Positions 1 to 7,400 of a stretch of 24,481 nt of DNA are shown piece by piece; position 1 is the stretch's first letter, and each line of letters starts with the position of its first letter. Location: the NCBI GenBank assembly GCA_038886995.1, contig JAWALG010000014.1, forward strand, positions 1-24,481, read 5' to 3'. This DNA is from Candidatus Iainarchaeum sp. Its GTDB lineage: Archaea; Iainarchaeota; Iainarchaeia; Iainarchaeales; DTGL01. Both the position numbers and the translations under genes were made by a program. The notes below the pieces were generated by a model. It was given only the letters and a program-made list of their open reading frames with translations. It made no database searches and was not told the origin of the DNA.

Positions 1-409
1 AAGCACAACCTATGTTGACCCAATAACAATATCCACAGAAGGTACAACATACCTCAGGTTCTACTCTGAGGATAACGCAGGCAATACAGAATCAGAACAG
101 GAGAAAATCATAAAGATTGATAAAACAGGTCCAACAACAACAGCAACTGCAAAGAAGAGCGACAACAGCGACTATACATTCGGAGACTGGAGCACATTAG
201 ATGTCACTGTAACGCTAACCTGCACAAATGGCACAGCAGGTTGCAAGGCAACATATTACTGCCTTGGTTCTGGTTGTACTCCAAGCACAACCTATGTTGA
301 CCCAATAACAATATCCACAGAAGGTACAACATACCTCAGGTTCTACTCTGAGGATAACGCAGGCAATACAGAATCAGAACAGGAGAAAATCATAAAGATT
401 GATAAAACA
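1..409 (+). repeat. Perfect 127-bp direct repeat (1-127 = 283-409), period 282 bp = 94 codons, intragenic
   Basis: Compared base by base: aagcacaacctatgttgacc...aagattgataaaaca is identical in both copies, and identity ends at 128/410. The first copy is cut by the window edge. Confidence 0.97.
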
Positions 410-1810
410 ATATCCACACCAACAATAACAATAGCTGATGGCGCTAACTATACAAATACACAAAATGTCAGCATATCCATAAACAATGACTCAGAAGCAG
501 TGAAATGGTGCGTAAAGGAATCTCCCGCAACGCCATTGCCTTCTGACATTTGCTTTGTATCGATAGAGCCAACAACATTCATGCTGAGCTCTGGCGACGG
601 GACAAAAACAGTTTATGTATGGATCCAGGATGCTGCAGAAAATGTAAGCAGCCCAGGATCTGATACGATAATATTGGATACAACAAAGCCAACTCTTAGT
701 GAAGTAACTCCTGTAACATCACCAACAAACGATAAAACACCTGATTATACATTCTACAGCTCAGAACCAGGAACAATAAACTACTCTGGTGGCTGTGAAT
801 CATCAACAAACACAGCTGTTGCAGGAAACAACACAATAACATTCAATGAGCTTGCAGATGGAACATACAACTGCACAATAACTGTAACTGATGCTGCAGG
901 AAACACAAGCGATCCTCTCAATATAAGCCCATTTACTGTCAGCACTAAGCCAAAGCCACAACCAGGTGGCGGCGGTGGCGGTGGAACTTATTACACACAA
1001 GTATGTGGTGACAAAATCTGCGATGCTTATAAGGAGAATTACTGTAATTGTCCTTCTGACTGCTCCAAGCCATTTTGCCCAACTTGTACAGAAGTAGTAT
1101 GCGAGAACGGTAGCCCAAGCTGTAAAGCAATTATTCCATGCGTAGGCAATGGTCTGTGTGAAGAAGGTGAAAATTACGAAAATGCTCCAAGCGACTGCTT
1201 GCAGCCATTTGTTCCGGTTGAGCGACCTTCCTTCTGCGGTGATGGCGTATGTAACCCATGGGAAAACTGCTCAACATGTGGTGCTGACTGTGGCTGTGAG
1301 TTCGGAAGAAGCTGCGTAGATGGCACATGCGTAAAAGGTCCTTACTGTGGTGATTTCATCTGCCAGGCAGATGAATCTTATGAGACATGCCCACAGGATT
1401 GCCCAGCGCCGGAAACAACACAGCCACCTACACCAACAACACCAGGAACAACACCAACACAAACACCCGCTGCGGGCCCAACAGGATTCTTCGGCCTCGG
1501 AGTTCTAGGCGATGCATTTGGCTTGCTTTTATTGCTACTACTACTTTTATTCATAATACTAAGCCAAACAATATTCCTTGAAACCGAGACCACAACCACA
1601 ACATTGACCTTGAAGGCAAAGAATTTGCTCGGAAAGCCCATGGATGAAGCAGAAATAAAGATTTTCAAGGATGGCGAACCACATTCCACAAAAACTACTG
1701 GCGAAGATGGAAAAGCAACATTCCTTTTAGGCGAAGGCGAGTACAAGATTAGAGCAAAGAAGGGCAAAATAAAGAGAAACTTTATACCAAAGACAGTAAA
1801 GATTGGCTAA
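2..1810 (+). CDS. Large membrane-anchored cell-surface protein, 5'-truncated: tandem 94-aa Ig-like repeats, further Ig-like domains, Gly linker, Cys-rich repeats, Pro/Thr linker, TM helix, C-terminal beta domain
   Basis: The frame of the 500..1810 ORF stays open back to base 2 (STTYVDPITISTEGTTYLRFYSEDNAGNTESEQ...), so GTG500 is internal. It has repeated DxAGN/DAAEN...DxTxP Ig-like signatures, four C(x)G[DN]xxC...DC units, a PT-rich linker, then PTGFFGLG and a Leu-rich hydrophobic stretch. Confidence 0.85.
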   Translation, partial: STTYVDPITISTEGTTYLRFYSEDNAGNTESEQEKIIKIDKTGPTTTATAKKSDNSDYTFGDWSTLDVTVTLTCTNGTAGCKATYYCLGSGCTPSTTYVDPITISTEGTTYLRFYSEDNAGNTESEQEKIIKIDKTISTPTITIADGANYTNTQNVSISINNDSEAVKWCVKESPATPLPSDICFVSIEPTTFMLSSGDGTKTVYVWIQDAAENVSSPGSDTIILDTTKPTLSEVTPVTSPTNDKTPDYTFYSSEPGTINYSGGCESSTNTAVAGNNTITFNELADGTYNCTITVTDAAGNTSDPLNISPFTVSTKPKPQPGGGGGGGTYYTQVCGDKICDAYKENYCNCPSDCSKPFCPTCTEVVCENGSPSCKAIIPCVGNGLCEEGENYENAPSDCLQPFVPVERPSFCGDGVCNPWENCSTCGADCGCEFGRSCVDGTCVKGPYCGDFICQADESYETCPQDCPAPETTQPPTPTTPGTTPTQTPAAGPTGFFGLGVLGDAFGLLLLLLLLLFIILSQTIFLETETTTTTLTLKAKNLLGKPMDEAEIKIFKDGEPHSTKTTGEDGKATFLLGEGEYKIRAKKGKIKRNFIPKTVKIG

Positions 1811-1860
1811 GTAAATGCGCCTAAGCGCTTAATTGCTAGGCGCTTTACTTTTTTCTTTTT
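1809..1860 (+). terminator. Stem-loop followed by a T-tract, directly after the stop codon
   Basis: aagtaaa(t)gcgccta(a)gc pairs with gctaggcgctttactt around an 8-nt loop, with two bulges. It is followed by ttttcttttt. Confidence 0.7.
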
Positions 1861-1923
1861 ATCGGAACTTAACCCTAAAAACGATTAAAGTTATTCTAAT
1901 TCTAAACTATTTGGGGTGGTTTT

Positions 1924-2178
1924 TTGAACAAACCAATAAAGAAGCTAACTGCTGGTAGCATACAAGTTGCTGCATGGCTAAACGAAGGCAAGGGCGGTAA
2001 TTTTTATACATTTACAATATCCAGGCGCTTCAAGGATGAAAAGGATTCTTGGCAAAACTCAAATTCCTTTCGCTTAAGCGACCTACCAAAAGCAATATTT
2101 GCACTCCAAGAAGCTTACAGACAGTTTGCCCTAAAGGAGTTCCCACAAAGTGATGAAGACCTCTTGATAGAAAAGTAG
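1924..2178 (+). CDS. Small conserved hypothetical protein, putative PC4/Whirly-like single-stranded nucleic-acid-binding fold
   Basis: TTG start 5 nt after a GGGGTG Shine-Dalgarno. The pattern KPIKKLTAGSIQVAAWLN...FYTFTISRRFKD...WQNSNSFRLSDLPK...LQEAY suggests beta strands with exposed aromatics plus a C-terminal helix. The function is inferred. Confidence 0.6.
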   Translation: MNKPIKKLTAGSIQVAAWLNEGKGGNFYTFTISRRFKDEKDSWQNSNSFRLSDLPKAIFALQEAYRQFALKEFPQSDEDLLIEK

Positions 2179-2189
2179 TTTTCCTTGCG

Positions 2190-2206
2190 GCGAATTTTTA
2201 ATTAAA
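2190..2206 (+). promoter_or_regulatory. Candidate BRE/TATA box for a leaderless hel308 transcript
   Basis: gcgaaTTTTTAATTAAA begins its T-run 30 nt upstream of ATG2225, and that ATG has no SD motif. Confidence 0.4.
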
Positions 2207-2224
2207 TTGATTTTTCTTTCATTT

Positions 2225-4339
2225 ATGCAGGACCCTAAAAGTAAGACAGACGAAATAAAGGGCATTGTGCTTAAGGCAAATAATTTCGCAAGCTTCAACC
2301 CATTGCAGGAAAATGTTCTTAAGACAAATTGGTTTGAATCAAGCTTAGTTGTAAGCGCTCCAACGGCTAGTGGCAAAACCATTGTTGCTGAGCTATGTGC
2401 ACTTAATTGCATATTGAATAAGCGAATGAAGGTTATTTACACAGCGCCATTAAAGGCACTTGCCTCTGAGCATTACAAGGACTGGAAAAGAAAATACTCC
2501 GACTCTAAAATAAGAATTGCCATAAGCACTGGCGATTTCGATTCAAGTTCGCATTACCTTTCAAAGTACGACTTAATAATTACAACTAACGAGAAGCTCG
2601 ACTCATTGATAACACACCGTGCCGATTGGCTTTCAAGGGTTGGACTCCTTATTGTTGATGAAATACATGAAATTGGCAGCACGAGAGGCGCTACCATAGA
2701 AGCAGCAATAATGAAGATGCTTCAACTAAATGAAAAAATTCAAATTGTTGCGTTAAGCGCTACAATACCAAACGCTGATGATATTGCCTCCTGGCTAAAA
2801 GCAAAGCTTGTTGTAAGCGATTATAGGCCTATAAAGCTTATGGAAGGCGTACTTCTTGGCAAAGAAATATCTTTCGGGAAGGAAAAATTTGCTCTGGAAG
2901 AGCAAGGCATTGAAGGTCTTATCTTGGATACTATTACACAAAAAAAACAGATACTGGTATTTATGCTTACAAGGAAAAAAGCTGAACAGATGAGTGAAAA
3001 AATTGCCGATTTTGTTGATAAAAAACTATTTCCAAAAGAAAAACTTTCTTTGAAACAACTTTCCTTAAAGGTTGAAAACGTCCTCGAAAATCCAACTGAA
3101 CAATGCAAAAATCTCGCAAAGCTTGTTTCAAAAGGTGTTGCTTTTCACCACGCTGGTCTTATGCCGAAACAACGTGAACTTATTGAAGATGCTTTCAGGG
3201 AAGGAAAGCTTAAGGCAGTTGTTGCTACGACTACGCTTGCAATGGGCATAAACCTTCCTGCGTTTAGGGTTTTCATCCCTTCATTATATCGGTACACTGA
3301 ATTTGGCATGCAAAAAATACCAGTGGCTGAGTATAAGCAGCTAGCAGGAAGGGCCGGCAGGCCTAAGTACGATTCTTTAGGCCAAGCAATTACGCTTGCA
3401 AGGAGTGAAGACGAAAAAGAAGAAATAATAAGCAATTTCATAAAGGGCAATCCTGAGCCAATAGATTCAAACCTCTCCTATGAGCCAGTGCTAAGGACAC
3501 AGCTTCTTTCAATAATTGCAAGCAATATTGCTAATGAAACAGCATCCATTGAAAACTTTTTCCAAAAAAGCTTCTATTTTTACCAATATGGGAATATTCA
3601 GGCGCTTAATAAGAAAATCAACTTTTTGTTGAATGACCTTATAAGCTACGGCTTTGTTTTTCAAGATGCTGCGCGATTAGTTGCAACACCGCTTGGCGAA
3701 AGAGTTGCTGAACTTTACTTAGACCCGGAAAGTGCCCATCGCATGATACAGCACTTAGTGCAAGCCATGACTGAGCTAAAAGCATTGTATTGCCTTGCTG
3801 AAGCCACAGAGTTTGGTTCATATCCTAAGATGCCCAATTCAAAGAAGGAAGCACTTTTCCAGGAATTTCTTGCTAGGGAAAATGAGCTTATGCTTGATGC
3901 AATGAAGACATACTTTATGGATGAATTTGCCTTGGAGAAATTTAATGCGTCATTGCTGCTAAGCAGCTGGATAAATGAGGTAAGCGAGCAGCAGATATTG
4001 GATGATTTTGGCGTTGAACCAGGGCTATTGCACTCGAAGCTAATGATTTGCGATTGGTTATCTTATTCTGCTGCAGAAATAGCTAAACTCTTAGGTAATA
4101 AAGAAAACGCTTTTTTCATGGAAAAAATAAGGAAAAGGTTACAAAGCGGGATCAAAGAAGAGCTTATACCTTTAGTGCAGCTGCGCGGCATAGGTCGCGT
4201 TAGGGCTAGAAGGCTTTACAGGGGTGGCATGCGTTCCATATCGGATCTCAAAAAAGCCCAGGTATCAGACCTTGCAAAAATAGTCGGTGAGAAAATAGCA
4301 CTAAGCATAAAGGCGCAGCTTGGTGAAAAAGCCATATGA
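2225..4339 (+). CDS. hel308: Ski2-like SF2 DNA helicase Hel308/Hjm
   Basis: Q-motif (FNPLQ), Walker A APTASGKT, APLKALASE, DEIH, SAT, FHHAGL, ATTTLAMGINLPA, QLAGRAGRPKYD and C-terminal HhH LRGIGRVRARRLY. ATG2225 is preferred over the track's TTG2207. Confidence 0.95.
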   Translation: MQDPKSKTDEIKGIVLKANNFASFNPLQENVLKTNWFESSLVVSAPTASGKTIVAELCALNCILNKRMKVIYTAPLKALASEHYKDWKRKYSDSKIRIAISTGDFDSSSHYLSKYDLIITTNEKLDSLITHRADWLSRVGLLIVDEIHEIGSTRGATIEAAIMKMLQLNEKIQIVALSATIPNADDIASWLKAKLVVSDYRPIKLMEGVLLGKEISFGKEKFALEEQGIEGLILDTITQKKQILVFMLTRKKAEQMSEKIADFVDKKLFPKEKLSLKQLSLKVENVLENPTEQCKNLAKLVSKGVAFHHAGLMPKQRELIEDAFREGKLKAVVATTTLAMGINLPAFRVFIPSLYRYTEFGMQKIPVAEYKQLAGRAGRPKYDSLGQAITLARSEDEKEEIISNFIKGNPEPIDSNLSYEPVLRTQLLSIIASNIANETASIENFFQKSFYFYQYGNIQALNKKINFLLNDLISYGFVFQDAARLVATPLGERVAELYLDPESAHRMIQHLVQAMTELKALYCLAEATEFGSYPKMPNSKKEALFQEFLARENELMLDAMKTYFMDEFALEKFNASLLLSSWINEVSEQQILDDFGVEPGLLHSKLMICDWLSYSAAEIAKLLGNKENAFFMEKIRKRLQSGIKEELIPLVQLRGIGRVRARRLYRGGMRSISDLKKAQVSDLAKIVGEKIALSIKAQLGEKAI

Positions 4340-4392
4340 AACAATTAAGCGATTTTTTCTGAGCAAAGCTACGCTGAAACTTTAAGATAAAA

Positions 4393-4406
4393 GAAAAGCT
4401 TATTAA
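4393..4406 (+). promoter_or_regulatory. Candidate archaeal BRE-TATA promoter for the giant surface protein pair
   Basis: gaaaagcTTATTAA in the AT-rich 4340-4485 intergenic region: a purine-rich BRE followed by a TATA-like box. Confidence 0.5.
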
Positions 4407-4485
4407 CCACTAAAAACATTAGAATTACAATTATTGGCTAAAATTAAGGGTTAATTATGTTTATGTTTACCTGGAAGGTGCTTTT

Positions 4486-7400
4486 ATGTCAATAACGGAA
4501 AAATTAAAATCCTTCTATTACATTTTTGAGGACCGCTACTATGATGTCCTTGATCGTGTTAACAAAGTCGTTCCTGTCTACAAAGTAATAGACCCAATAG
4601 ATAGGCATTTCCCTTCTTTTATACTTTTCATCCTTCTTTTGGTTTTCCTTCTGACATGGTTTTTTATACTGCCGCTTTTAACACCACCACAGGAGTATGA
4701 GTTCATCACGCACATAGAGGTTCTAGATAATGAAACAAAAAGCCCCATAAGTGGTGCAGAAGTTATTATTAAGCCAACAAGTGTTGAAGGTCTAAGCACA
4801 ATAACCTTAACAACAGATTCCAAAGGGCTTGCTACATTCAACTTTAAGACAAAGCGCAAGATAGAGTCCATGGAAGCAAAAGTTTCAATTTCGAAGAAGG
4901 ATAGCAATTATGATGAAATAAAAAACAAAGATGTTGTCCTGGTGAATGCTGAGAAAAAGGTTTTTTCGCTGAGGAAACCCGGGCTTGTTTTCAAAGGCGC
5001 AATTGAAATCCATGTTTTGAAAGATTCTCCTGGAAGTGAAGCAATACGGGATCGCCAGATAACTATAACTTTTGCCTGCCAGCGCGGTAGCCCACCAGCA
5101 AACATAAATAAGCACGGTAGCGAGCAGCCATTCAAGGTTGAAAGGCCTCTTGGCTGCGAAGGCCTAAGTGCGACAGCATCAGCACAGGGTTTTAATCCAG
5201 CCACGCTCTCCCTTGAAGGCAAAGAAATAGCGATATTTAAACTTGCACCACTACAACAAATTGAAGAAAAGGGCATTCTAGAGGTTACGGTTAATGAGCA
5301 TGATGACTCTCTAGCAAAAGATGTTGTAGTAAGAGTTTACGATGCTACGACAAGCAGCATGGTTGCACAAAAGACAACCACCGAAGGAGGTACAGCCCTA
5401 TTTGAGGCATTAAGGGCTGGCTACTATGATGTTAGTGCCATAGCTTCTGATAGCAGAACTGCCTCAAAGCAGAATGTTAGAGTCATAGCGAATGAAAAAA
5501 CACAGGTTGGCTTAAAGCTAAATAGGCCAGAGCCAAGGATAAACTACAAAATATTCTTGAAGGTAATTGACTCAAACTCAAGAGCCATAATTTCAGGCGC
5601 GGAAGTTATAATTTATATGGACCAATTTTATTTGGATTCTTTGATTTCTGATGAGAATGGGCTAGTTAATTACAGGATAAATGAAACTGATAGAAATAAG
5701 TCTTTCAAGATAACTGTTAGGCACCCTAATTACTCAATTTTGACAATTTCTGTTCCAGTTCTAGAGGCAAGCGCTTCAGTGCCAACAGAGATAGAGCTTA
5801 CAGCACTTGCGGAGTATGAAACAACTTATGTGCCGGTAGCAATAATAAAAGCAAATAAGTATTACGGTAGTGCACCACTGACAGTAGAATTTGATGCATC
5901 AAAGAGCTTTGACCCGGATGGAACAATAAAGAGCTACGAATGGGATTTCGGTGACGGAAACAAAGAAACAGGCGTTGCTAGGGTGCACACTTATGCTTCA
6001 AAAGGAATATACTTCGTAAAGCTTCGTGTAATTGATGAAAGCAACTTAATGGGTGAAGCAAGCACAATGATTCAGGTTGGGCTTGATAGCTATGCACCAG
6101 TGCCAATAATAATTGCTGATAAATACTATGGTGAGGTTCCATTAACTGTATCATTTGATGCCTCTTCAAGCTTTGATCCCGATGGAACAATAGTAAAATA
6201 TACTTGGAGATTTTGTGATGGCAATACCTCGAACGAACAAAAGCCAACCCACACTTATTATAACCCGGGAAATTATGTTGTATCACTGACTGTTGAAGAT
6301 AATCAGGGAAAAAAATCTATAGCTTACCAGTTGATCCAGGTTAGAAAAAAGCCAGATATTTCTGAGCTTTATGCTCCAATTGCGATCTTCACAGCAGACA
6401 AATACTTTGGCGTGCCGCCACTAACTGTTTCATTTGATGCATCAAAGAGCTTTGACCCAGATGGCACAATAAAAAGCTACGAGTGGGACTTTGGTGATGG
6501 TACAACAGCTACTGGAAAAATCGCAGCACATGTATTTACAAATAAGGGCACTTACTTAGTAAAGCTCCGCGTAACTGACCAAAATGACCTTTCTGGAGAG
6601 TCCAGCGTAATAATACAAGTTGGGCTTGAAAGTTATAGGCCTATTGCAATTATAAGAGCAGACCGATATGCTGGCAAAGCACCTTTAACAGTCAATTTTG
6701 ACGGCTCATATAGCTTTGACCCTGATGGTGTAATTGTTAGCTATCTGTGGGAATTTGATGATGGTAATACAGCAACAGGCCCTACTACAATACGCACATT
6801 CGAAACAGAAGGCATCCACAAAGTTTCTCTGACTGTAACTGACAATAACAACAAATCAGACGAAGCAGAAATTTATATACAAGTAGGAAAGATTCCAACA
6901 CTTACAATTGGGAAGGTTTTGGTTAGGGTTGTAGACCTAGATGGCAGGCCTGTGAGTGGTGCAGCAGTTTACTTATACCGCGAGGATCTGCCTTTTACTC
7001 TGAACACCCCTGGTTACGCCATATATACTGATTCAAATGGCCAATATCTCTATGACTGCGTCGAGCCAAGCATAAAGGCATACTATGCAAAAGCCATGAA
7101 AGACAATCTATTTGGCGAATCAAACCGCGAGCTTGTATCCGCAGGAATGCTGGTCACTTTAACAATAGTTATGTCAGAGGACTACGGCGAGATTGAGGCA
7201 ACCGTTGTTGATCAAAATGAAAACAAAATTTCAGGTGCTGATGTAATCATCTACAATGAAACAGGCACTGTTGAAGCAAGATGCAAAACAGGTCTTTCAG
7301 GAACATGTAGCTCAGGACCAATAAAGGCCGGCAAAATAGTTTATGCTGCAGCCTCAAAAGAAAATTATATGGGCTCATACAGCGAGCAGTTCCAAGTTAT

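Noticed and set aside
1-409. Direct repeat as a CRISPR array or a DGR template/variable repeat pair
   Set aside because: The period is 282 bp and in frame within a CDS. There are no spacers, no adenine-specific mismatches, and no reverse transcriptase or cas gene in the window.
500-502. GTG500 as the start of a 436-aa protein
   Set aside because: The frame is open to the window edge, and there is no SD or signal peptide at this position.
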